Shown here: piece by piece, positions 28,663 to 36,536 of the stretch
How the letters are laid out: each line of letters begins with the position of its first letter
Position numbering within the stretch: the stretch's first letter is position 1
Assembly: GCA_016288465.1 (NCBI GenBank)
Contig: JAEEZC010000003.1
Span: forward strand, 1 to 45,767
Reading direction: 5' to 3'
DNA length: 45,767 bases
Source of the DNA: Verrucomicrobiota bacterium
Lineage (GTDB): Bacteria; Verrucomicrobiota; Kiritimatiellia; RFP12; UBA1067
Notes under the pieces: model-generated
What the model saw: only the letters and a program-made list of their open reading frames with translations
The model's database searches: none
Told to the model about the DNA's origin: nothing
Made by a program: the position numbers and the translations under genes

Positions 28663-30750
28663 ATGATCGACTTCCGGAAGCTGCTCAACCCCGAACAGTA
28701 CGACGCGGCTACAGCCGGCGATGGACCCCTGCTCGTGCTCGCTGCGGCGGGCACGGGCAAGACCAGGACGCTTGTGCACCGCGTTGCCTATCTTGTCGAG
28801 CGCGGCGTGCCGGCGGAGAGGATACTTCTTCTCACGTTCACTAACCGCGCGGCCCGCGAAATGCTCAACCGCGCGCGCGGGCTTTCCGGCTCTGCCGTCG
28901 CCTCCATCTGGTCCGGCACGTTCCATTCCGTCTGCGCGAGGTTCCTGCGTCGCTGGGGCGGCCGGCTCGGCTACGAGCCGGGCTTCCGCATACTCGACGA
29001 GGACGACCAGAAGAAGCTTGTCGGCGACATAATCAAGTCTTCCGTGGCGGATCCCAGGGACTTCCCGAAGAAAGACGCCGTCGCGAAGATGATTTCCGAA
29101 GCGGCGAACGAGCGCAAGCCGGTGGGCTTCATTGCCGCGCGCTGGCAGACCAAGGTCGCAGGCGTAGAGCCCGAGGCCATTGCCAAGATCGCGGAGACCT
29201 ACACCGCCCGCAAGCAGGAGCTCGGAGCCATGGACTTCGACGACCTCCTGACCAACGGCCTCAGGCTCCTGAGGGAGAGCCCTGAGGTGTGCGAGATGCT
29301 TCAGGAGCACTTCCTGCATGTGCTTGTCGACGAGTATCAGGACACCAACGGCATACAGGCCGAGTTCTCCGACCTGCTCGCCGCAAAGCACCGCAACATC
29401 CTTGCAGTGGGCGACGACTTCCAGTGCATCTACACGTGGCGCGGTGCGCAGATCGAGAACATAATGGACTTCCCCAAGCGCTGGGAAGGCTGCCGCATCG
29501 TCAAGCTTGAGAGCAATTACAGATCCGTGCCGAGCGTGCTGGATGTGGCGAACGTCGTCATGAAGGATGCGCCGCACCAGTTCGAGAAGACTCTGCGCGC
29601 CCATCGCGGCGACATGGGCGAGAAGCCCTGCCTCTGCAAGGTCTACGACGCAAAGGCTCAGGCGAACGAGTTGTTCCGCGAAATAGGGCGGATGCGCGGC
29701 CTCGGCTACAGGTATGGGGACATGGCGGTCCTCTACCGAAGCCACTTCCAGTCGATTGACGTGCAGATGACGCTCGCAAGGATGAACGTGCCTTTCCGCA
29801 TCACCTCCGGCGTCGGCGTCTTCGAGCAGGTGCACGTCAAGGACACGCTGTCCTATCTGCGCCTTGTCGTCAATCCCCGCGACGAACTGTCGTTCGCGCG
29901 ACTCGTCTGCCTTTTGCCTGGCGTAGGGGAGAAGGGCGCTTCGAAGATGTGGGACAGGCTGGGCCGCACGTTCGACGGCTCCCGCAAGGAGGACCGCGAA
30001 GCCCTTCACGGACTCCTTGGCGCCAAGGCGAAGCCGCTCTGGCCGCCGCTCGCCAAGTGCTTCGAGTGCGCGGCGGACCATCTGGCCGACAACGAGATCG
30101 GAGAGATTCTGGAGGATTTCTGCGACCTTTTCTACGAAGACCACCTTCGCCGCGAGTGGGAGGAGGCCGATGCGGAGTCCCGCCTCGAGGACATCAAGGA
30201 GCTCGCCGTCCAGATCGCCGGCGAGGGCATAGGCTCCGAGGACGGCGCCGGAAGGCGTCGTCTCGAGGCGTTCCTGGCCGACGTTGCGCTGCTTACGAAC
30301 CTTGACGCGCGCAGGAACGACGAGTCCGACGACAAGGTGACCCTCTCGACGGTGCACCAGGCAAAGGGCATGGAGTGGCCGGTCGTGCTGCTGCCCTGGC
30401 TTTCCGAAGGCATGTTCCCGTCAGGGAAGGCACAGGAAGAGGGCCGCATCGACGAGGAGCGCCGCCTTTTCTACGTCGCGGTGACGCGCGCCAAGGACAG
30501 GCTCTTCATGTTCTCGCCCGACGTGCGCAGAACTCCCGAAGGCGGCGTGTTCCCCATCGCCCCGTCGGTCTTCGTGCGGGAGATCCCGGCGAACCTTCTC
30601 TCCATGCGGCGCGTGGCGTCTGCGCCTGACTCGTTTTCCTCAGGTTTCAATCGTTCCGGAGCTCTCGGCCGCAATGCCGGATACGGTCGCGGCGGCTCGG
30701 CCGCCGGCGACTGGCGCAGCGGTCGTCGTGATGTTACGCGGAGGTGGTGA
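28663..30750 (+). CDS. UvrD/PcrA/Rep-family ATP-dependent DNA helicase
   Basis: SF1 motifs AAAGTGKTRTL, DEYQDTN, GDDFQCIYTWRGA, NYRS, VHQAKGMEW and LFYVAVTRAKDRL. 695 aa. Confidence 0.9.
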   Translation: MIDFRKLLNPEQYDAATAGDGPLLVLAAAGTGKTRTLVHRVAYLVERGVPAERILLLTFTNRAAREMLNRARGLSGSAVASIWSGTFHSVCARFLRRWGGRLGYEPGFRILDEDDQKKLVGDIIKSSVADPRDFPKKDAVAKMISEAANERKPVGFIAARWQTKVAGVEPEAIAKIAETYTARKQELGAMDFDDLLTNGLRLLRESPEVCEMLQEHFLHVLVDEYQDTNGIQAEFSDLLAAKHRNILAVGDDFQCIYTWRGAQIENIMDFPKRWEGCRIVKLESNYRSVPSVLDVANVVMKDAPHQFEKTLRAHRGDMGEKPCLCKVYDAKAQANELFREIGRMRGLGYRYGDMAVLYRSHFQSIDVQMTLARMNVPFRITSGVGVFEQVHVKDTLSYLRLVVNPRDELSFARLVCLLPGVGEKGASKMWDRLGRTFDGSRKEDREALHGLLGAKAKPLWPPLAKCFECAADHLADNEIGEILEDFCDLFYEDHLRREWEEADAESRLEDIKELAVQIAGEGIGSEDGAGRRRLEAFLADVALLTNLDARRNDESDDKVTLSTVHQAKGMEWPVVLLPWLSEGMFPSGKAQEEGRIDEERRLFYVAVTRAKDRLFMFSPDVRRTPEGGVFPIAPSVFVREIPANLLSMRRVASAPDSFSSGFNRSGALGRNAGYGRGGSAAGDWRSGRRDVTRRW

Positions 30751-30752
30751 AT

Positions 30753-32069
30753 ATGGTTTCTGCCAAGCTTATTCTGGACAAGAAGCGCGAAGGACGTGCG
30801 CTTGGAAGCGCCGAGATACGCGAGTTCGTCGAGGGGTTCACGAAAGGCGACATCCCGGACTACCAGATGGCCGCCTTCGCCATGGCGGTCTGCTGCCGGG
30901 GCATGACCGACCGCGAGACCGCGGACCTGACGGACGCCATGATGAGATCTGGCGAGATGCTTGACTGGAGTGATCTCGGCATGCCGACCGCAGACAAGCA
31001 TTCCACGGGCGGCGTGGGCGACAAGCTCTCTCTCGTCGTGCAGCCGCTCGCCGCGGCCTGCGGAGTCGCGGTTCCCTCGCTGACCGGACGCGGGCTCGGC
31101 ATAACCGGCGGAACGGCCGACAAGCTCGAGACGATTCCCGGATACGACGCGGCGCTTTCGCTGGAGGCGTACAGAAAGGTCGTCGCAGAGGTCGGCGTCT
31201 CCATGACCGTGCAGACGAACGAGATATGCCCTGCGGACAAGAAGCTCTATGCGCTTCGCGACGTCACGGGTACGGTCGCCTCCATTCCGCTCATCTGCGG
31301 GTCGATACTTTCGAAGAAGCTGGCGGAAGGCGCAGGTTCGCTCGTCTTTGACGTGAAGACCGGCTCAGGCGCGTTCATGAAGACGCGCGAAGACGCAGTC
31401 GCGCTCGCGAAGGCCCTCGTCGGCGCGGCCCACGCCGCAGGACGCAAGGCCGCCGCCCTCGTCACCGACATGGACGAGCCGCTCGGCTTTGCAGTCGGCA
31501 ACGCCAACGAGGTGGAGGAGTCCCTGTGCGTGCTGAGAAATCCGGAGGAGGCCTTCAGTCGCAATGGGCGCATGGTAGGGCTGTGCGTCGAGCTCGCGGC
31601 GACAATGGTGTCGTTCGCCAGGGGCGTTTCCCTCGAAGACGCGCGCGAGGAATGCAAGTCCAGGCTCGGCGATGGCTCGGCCCTTGCGAAGTTTGAGGCG
31701 ATGGTGCGCGCGCACGGAGGCGACCTTGACGCGTTCGCCGCGCTTCTTCGCAAGCCGACGTTCAAGTTCAAGATCCAGGCTCCGCGCTCCGGATATGTGG
31801 AGGGCATCGACGCGTACAAGGTGGGGCGCGTCGCGCTGTCGCTCGGAGCCGGCCGCGAGAAGGCCGGCGACTCCATAGATCCGCTCGCAGGCATCACCCT
31901 CTCCGTCAAGACAGGCGACCGCGTCTCCGTCGGCGATCCGCTTGCGACGCTTGAGAAGTCGTCCTGCCCTGATGGGCTCGACCATGCTGCAGACGCTCTT
32001 TGCGCCGCGTTCCGGATCGGACCGTCGGCGCCGGAGATGCGTCCGATCATTGTCGAGAAGGTTGAGTGA
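30753..32069 (+). CDS. deoA: Thymidine / pyrimidine-nucleoside phosphorylase
   Basis: DKHSTGGVGDK motif, with LTGRGLGITGGTADKLE. ATG 30753 has GAGGTGG 6 nt upstream. GTG 30744, overlapping the helicase stop, is the alternative start. Confidence 0.92.
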   Translation: MVSAKLILDKKREGRALGSAEIREFVEGFTKGDIPDYQMAAFAMAVCCRGMTDRETADLTDAMMRSGEMLDWSDLGMPTADKHSTGGVGDKLSLVVQPLAAACGVAVPSLTGRGLGITGGTADKLETIPGYDAALSLEAYRKVVAEVGVSMTVQTNEICPADKKLYALRDVTGTVASIPLICGSILSKKLAEGAGSLVFDVKTGSGAFMKTREDAVALAKALVGAAHAAGRKAAALVTDMDEPLGFAVGNANEVEESLCVLRNPEEAFSRNGRMVGLCVELAATMVSFARGVSLEDAREECKSRLGDGSALAKFEAMVRAHGGDLDAFAALLRKPTFKFKIQAPRSGYVEGIDAYKVGRVALSLGAGREKAGDSIDPLAGITLSVKTGDRVSVGDPLATLEKSSCPDGLDHAADALCAAFRIGPSAPEMRPIIVEKVE

Positions 32070-32099
32070 ACGCTTCACGGAAGCGCACGGAAGGAGCGT

Positions 32100-32801
32100 A
32101 TGGTTGACTACGACGAGCTGAGGCGGAAGTTCAAGGCGAAGCGTCCCTCCGGCGCAAGGTCCGGCAAGGCCGCCGTCAAGGCAATCGCGCGCGAGTACGA
32201 GCTCAAGCGCGCCGAGCTTTCGGCGGGCGCCCCCGTATTCCATCGCGGGCCTCTCTTCTACGGGATGGTCGTTCTGCTCATGGTCGTGATCGGCGCGCTC
32301 GTCGTGCCGCAGATTCTGAACGGCACCCTTACGGTCGGCAAGAAGCGCATAGAGCGCAACGACCTGCAGGCCCGCAAGGCGATAAACTCCCTTACGATAG
32401 CGCTCGGCCGATACAAGTTCCACGTCGGCGAGTATCCGTCGAACGAGGAGGGCCTTGCCGTGCTTGCGTATCGTCGCCCTGCCGACATACGCCGCGTCCG
32501 CGCGGCGCACAAGGGCTGGGATGGCCCGTACGTCAACCACATAGTCAAAGATCCATGGGGCAACGACTACGTCTATGAGACTCGTTCAGACGGAGGCCAC
32601 CCGGTCCTGTACTCCAAGGGCCCGGACGGACGCGCCGGCACTACGGACGACGTCATGCCGGACCAGCTGTCGTTCGACGCGGCGTTTACGGACACGTCCT
32701 GGACGAACGGGTGGGCTCCCTGCGAGCTGAGGGGCGTCGTCGTCGCTCCGGACGAGGAGACCCGCCGGCGCGTAAGGGAAGAGATGAAGCAGTACGAGTG
32801 A
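32100..32801 (+). CDS. GspG-like pseudopilin-domain protein lacking a canonical prepilin leader
   Basis: The C-terminal half carries the T2SS-G signature (GWDGPYV...KDPWGNDYVY...YSKGPDGRAGTTDDV). The N-terminus is about 50 aa of charged residues followed by one TM segment, with no G/FTLIE-type cleavage/methylation motif. Confidence 0.75.
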   Translation: MVDYDELRRKFKAKRPSGARSGKAAVKAIAREYELKRAELSAGAPVFHRGPLFYGMVVLLMVVIGALVVPQILNGTLTVGKKRIERNDLQARKAINSLTIALGRYKFHVGEYPSNEEGLAVLAYRRPADIRRVRAAHKGWDGPYVNHIVKDPWGNDYVYETRSDGGHPVLYSKGPDGRAGTTDDVMPDQLSFDAAFTDTSWTNGWAPCELRGVVVAPDEETRRRVREEMKQYE

Positions 32802-32808
32802 CCCCGCC

Positions 32809-33738
32809 ATGCTTCTTGCGGCCATAGTTGTGCTGGCGCTCACGCGCGCGGAGATCGTGCAGAGGATGCGCGCCCCGGTCGTCACTCAGTCGGACGGCAT
32901 GGTCAAGGTCTACGCCGACTGCCCCGAAGACATGCGCCGAGAATACCAGGGGCCCGTCGCCGGCTTTGTCGCCGACACGGTCGACACCCTGTACCGCAGC
33001 CTCGCGATGAAGCCGCTGCGCTTCGAGAGCCCTGGTCTGATCGTGCACGTCGGCGACGTAAGGACGAATGTGTCCGACGTCGTCTCAAGGGTCTCGACGA
33101 ACGGCGCCCGCGTAGTTACGCGCATCTACCTGAAGAGCCCCGGCTACGCCGACATCGGACGCCTCAGAGTCGAGGTCGCGCGCGCCTTCTACAGGTCCGT
33201 GAAAGGGCAGGAGATATCCCCCGCCGCCGCGTCCAAGGCTCTGCGAAGGGCGGATCCCCGGCTACGCATATCCGACGAGCGCGCGCGGCTGGAGTCGTGG
33301 CTGGCGACCGGCGGCTTTGGCGACGAGGACGAGAAGGCCGACGTGCAGAAGCGCGACGAGGAGGCGCTTGCGCTCATGCGCAAGATACTCGAGCCCGGCG
33401 TCCCGTCGCGCCGCGACGTCATAACGTTTGCGTCGAGACTCTTCATCTATCCGCGCACCTTCGACGAGAAGTTCGTCGGCGGCTCCGACTGCGTCTCGTT
33501 CAGGGATGCGGTGAAGCTCGCCCGCAAGGACCCGCGCGTCCGCTTTCTCGCGTTCTTCAAGGCGAACGAGCTTCCCGTCTGGGGAGGCGGACGCGGCGAC
33601 GGGCTGCGCGACGCGGCGGATGCGTACGTCGAGTTCCTGCGCGAGCTCGCGAAGTTCGAAAAGGGCGAAGACGAGCTTCTGCGCATGCTCGACGAGGCGG
33701 ACGAGAGACTCAAGGCGGTTTTCAGCAGCGTGAAGTAG
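32809..33738 (+). CDS. Hypothetical protein (309 aa), N-terminal hydrophobic anchor
   Basis: Coding-like composition, co-oriented 8 nt after the pseudopilin-like gene. No recognisable motif. Confidence 0.55.
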   Translation: MLLAAIVVLALTRAEIVQRMRAPVVTQSDGMVKVYADCPEDMRREYQGPVAGFVADTVDTLYRSLAMKPLRFESPGLIVHVGDVRTNVSDVVSRVSTNGARVVTRIYLKSPGYADIGRLRVEVARAFYRSVKGQEISPAAASKALRRADPRLRISDERARLESWLATGGFGDEDEKADVQKRDEEALALMRKILEPGVPSRRDVITFASRLFIYPRTFDEKFVGGSDCVSFRDAVKLARKDPRVRFLAFFKANELPVWGGGRGDGLRDAADAYVEFLRELAKFEKGEDELLRMLDEADERLKAVFSSVK

Positions 33739-33778
33739 CTTTTTCTGCGCGTAAGGCGCGGCAAGGAAGGAGATGGAC

Positions 33779-35146
33779 ATGGAAAAGAACAGAAAGACCA
33801 TAACCGACAACACAGTGGATCCTGATGTGCTCGCCTACACCGTCGGCGACGATCCGGTGCTGGATCTCGCTTTGGCGGTGTGGGACTGCATGGGCACGGC
33901 CGCGCATGTCACCATGCTCAGCGAGATGAAGGGCCTCAGGCGCCCTGTTGTCACGAAGGCGGAGGCCGCGAGGGTGCGCCGCGAGCTCGGCAGGATCGCC
34001 GCGCTGGCCGAGAAGGGCGGATTCGAGATCCGCGTCGACGACCAGGACGTCCACATGGCAGTCGAGCGCATGCTCACCGAAAAGCTCGGCGACCTCGGCA
34101 AGAAGATCCACACGGGCCGCTCCCGCAACGACCAGGTCGCCGTGGACGTAAGGCTTCACATGAAGGACGAGCTGCTGCGCGCCGAGGCCGAGACCGTGTC
34201 GCTGGCCGCCTCTCTCCGCAGGCTCGGCAAGCGCGGCGGAATGACGCCTCTCGTCGGCCGCACGCATCTCCAGCCCGCCATGCCGTCCACAGTCGAGATG
34301 TGGGCCACGGGCCATGCCGAGATGATCCTGGACCAGCTCGAGAACCTCGAGGCCGCGTATCGTCTTGCGGACCTGAATCCGCTGGGCTCCGCCGCAGGCT
34401 ACGGCGTGCCGCTGCCGCTCGACCGCCAGCGCACGACGAAGCTCCTCGGCTTCTCCCGCACCATCCACAACTGCTTCGGCGCGTCGATGGCGCGCGGCGA
34501 ATGCGAGGCGAGCCTGCTTTCGGCGCTTGCGCAGCTGATGGCCGTCGTCTCCAGGCTGGCCGAAGACCTCATACTCTTCTCCATGCCGGAGTTCGCCTAC
34601 TTCAGGCTGCCGCGCGAGTACTGCACAGGCTCGTCGATCATGCCGCAGAAGTTCAATCCGGACGTGCTGGAGCTCATGCGCTCCAAGGCCGCGCAGGTGC
34701 TCGGACTCCAGACCGCCGCGCTTTCGCTTCTTCACGCAATGCCGGGCGGCTACAACCGCGACCTTCAGGACTGCAAGTGGCTCTACATGAAGGGCCTGTC
34801 CATCACACGCCAGACGCTGCGCATCCTCGCCAAGGTCGTGGACGGAACGAAGATCGACGCCGATCGCTGCCGCGCGGCGTTTACGCCTGGAGTGTTCGCG
34901 ACGGACGTCGCCCTAAGGCTCGTCGCTGGCGGCACTCCCTGGCGCGACGCATACCACGACGTCAGAGACCACCTTGAACGTCTTTCGGACGAGGATCCGG
35001 ACGCGGCAGTTGCCGCGAAGACCCACGAAGGCACGACTGGCGGCATCGACCACGACGTGTACGAAAAGCGCGAGGTCGCCGCTATGAAGTCCGTCGAGAA
35101 GCGCCTTGCCGCGCTGGCCGCCGCAAAGAGCGCGCTCCTTAAGTAG
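33779..35146 (+). CDS. argH: Argininosuccinate lyase
   Basis: GRSRNDQVA and GSSIMPQKFNPD fumarate-lyase signatures. ATG 33779 has AAGGAG 6 nt upstream; ATG 33773 is the longer alternative. Confidence 0.95.
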   Translation: MEKNRKTITDNTVDPDVLAYTVGDDPVLDLALAVWDCMGTAAHVTMLSEMKGLRRPVVTKAEAARVRRELGRIAALAEKGGFEIRVDDQDVHMAVERMLTEKLGDLGKKIHTGRSRNDQVAVDVRLHMKDELLRAEAETVSLAASLRRLGKRGGMTPLVGRTHLQPAMPSTVEMWATGHAEMILDQLENLEAAYRLADLNPLGSAAGYGVPLPLDRQRTTKLLGFSRTIHNCFGASMARGECEASLLSALAQLMAVVSRLAEDLILFSMPEFAYFRLPREYCTGSSIMPQKFNPDVLELMRSKAAQVLGLQTAALSLLHAMPGGYNRDLQDCKWLYMKGLSITRQTLRILAKVVDGTKIDADRCRAAFTPGVFATDVALRLVAGGTPWRDAYHDVRDHLERLSDEDPDAAVAAKTHEGTTGGIDHDVYEKREVAAMKSVEKRLAALAAAKSALLK

Positions 35147-35228
35147 AAGGCCGCCCTGTGCCTTGCACCGTCCCTTGAGCGAGTAAAGGCTCAGAGGACG
35201 GGCGCGCAAAACGTGAAAAAGGGACTTC

Positions 35229-36416
35229 GTGCGCTCTCCAAAGACAATTCTGGTGCTGCTTTCGTCTGGAGGGGACTTCTCTATGCAGATGTTCTCCGGC
35301 GTCCAGAAGTACGCGCGCATGGCTGGGTGGCATCTCCAGACGGTCGAGTACGCCAAGGCGGACAAGGGAGGCTATATGCTGAACCGTTCGCCGTCCGGCC
35401 GCGACATCGGCGAACTGCTTAAGTTCTGGAATCCGGACGGATGCATCGTCGAGTGCGGCATGGCGCAAGAGCTTCTGCGCTCGGTGGACTTCAAGAAACG
35501 TCCTACGGTTTTCCTCGACCGGCATCCGCCGGCCGGAAAGTCCGACATGGTCTGCGTCTACAGCGACGCGGAATCCATCGCAAGGTACGCCGCGCGCGAA
35601 CTGCTGATGTCCAGTTATGGCGACTTCGCCTATGTGCCGTATACGGAAGACTTCGCCTGGAGCCGTGAGCGCGGCGAGGAGTTCTCGAAACTCGTCCGGA
35701 TGAACGGCAAGCGCATTCACGTCTTCAGGTATCCCGAGCGGCAAAGTCGTCCGGAAAGCATGGTGGAGATGTTTTCGCCGTGGTTGCAGTCTCTTCCCAA
35801 GCCCTGCGGCGTGTTTGCGGCCAACGACCAGGTCGCCGAGGGCGTTCTGCTCGCCTGTTCCTGCTGCGGAATCGCCGTTCCGGACGAAATGTCCGTCGTC
35901 GGCGTCGATGACGAGACATACATCTGCGAGAACTGCAAGCCGACGATATCGAGCGTCCAGCGCAATTTCGCCAACGCCGGCGCGATCGCGGGGGAGACGC
36001 TTGCGGAGCTGATGGACGCGAAGGACGGGCGCGTCGCCTCGCGCACATATCCGGCGGCAGGGCTTGTCCGCCGCGAGTCCTCGCGCATCATCAAGGGCAA
36101 AGACCGCCGTGTCGCGAAGGCGGTGGAGTACATCCGCTGCCACGCCTGCGACGGAATCGGTCCGCAGCAGGTCGTGGCGGAGATGGAAATCTCGCGCACG
36201 TTGGCCGACCTGAGCTTTCGCGCGGCACTCGGGCACACGATCCTCGACGAGATACACGCCGTCAGGCTGGATCACGTCAAGAAGCTTCTTGCGAAGGAAG
36301 TCGCGCCGTCCGTCATCGCCGGACAATGTGGCTATTCTTCCATTGTCGATCTCCGCAGGGTTTTCAAGGCTAGGCTCGGCATGACAATGGGCGAATACCT
36401 TGCGTCGCTGGCGTGA
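35229..36416 (+). CDS. Hybrid transcriptional regulator: LacI-type periplasmic-binding-protein sensor domain plus C-terminal AraC-type HTH (XylR-like architecture)
   Basis: PBP type-I hallmark VFAANDQVAEGVLLACSCCGIAVPDEMSVVGVDD. C-terminal AraC HTH (VEYIRCHA...ISRTLADLSFRAALGHTILDEI...AGQCGYSSIVDLRRVFKARLGMTMGEY). GTG start at 35229. Confidence 0.8.
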   Translation: MRSPKTILVLLSSGGDFSMQMFSGVQKYARMAGWHLQTVEYAKADKGGYMLNRSPSGRDIGELLKFWNPDGCIVECGMAQELLRSVDFKKRPTVFLDRHPPAGKSDMVCVYSDAESIARYAARELLMSSYGDFAYVPYTEDFAWSRERGEEFSKLVRMNGKRIHVFRYPERQSRPESMVEMFSPWLQSLPKPCGVFAANDQVAEGVLLACSCCGIAVPDEMSVVGVDDETYICENCKPTISSVQRNFANAGAIAGETLAELMDAKDGRVASRTYPAAGLVRRESSRIIKGKDRRVAKAVEYIRCHACDGIGPQQVVAEMEISRTLADLSFRAALGHTILDEIHAVRLDHVKKLLAKEVAPSVIAGQCGYSSIVDLRRVFKARLGMTMGEYLASLA

Positions 36417-36441
36417 AGGCTGCCTGTTTGGGATGTGATTC

Positions 36442-36489
36442 GATTTCTGTTTGATTTGTATCTTATTGTAGGTGTGTCTTTGCTATAAT
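36442..36489 (+). promoter_or_regulatory. Promoter A: 22-nt motif GATTTCTGTTTGATTTGTATCT, 20-nt spacer, TATAAT(ACC)
   Basis: Motif at 36442..36463 and TATAAT at 36484..36489. An identical motif with identical spacing occurs at 39720..39767. Lies 48 nt upstream of the glycine-rich protein ATG. Confidence 0.55.
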
Positions 36490-36536
36490 ACCCACAGACT
36501 GTTCGACAAGACAGGCAAAAGGGAGGAGACACGCGT

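Noticed and set aside
35168-35201. Long hairpin after argH (CCGTCC..TGAGC..GCTCA..GGACGG) as an intrinsic terminator.
   Set aside because: The stem is convincing, but no T-tract follows (the sequence reads gcgcgcaaaacg). It may be a regulatory or RNA-stability hairpin, so it is not called as a terminator.
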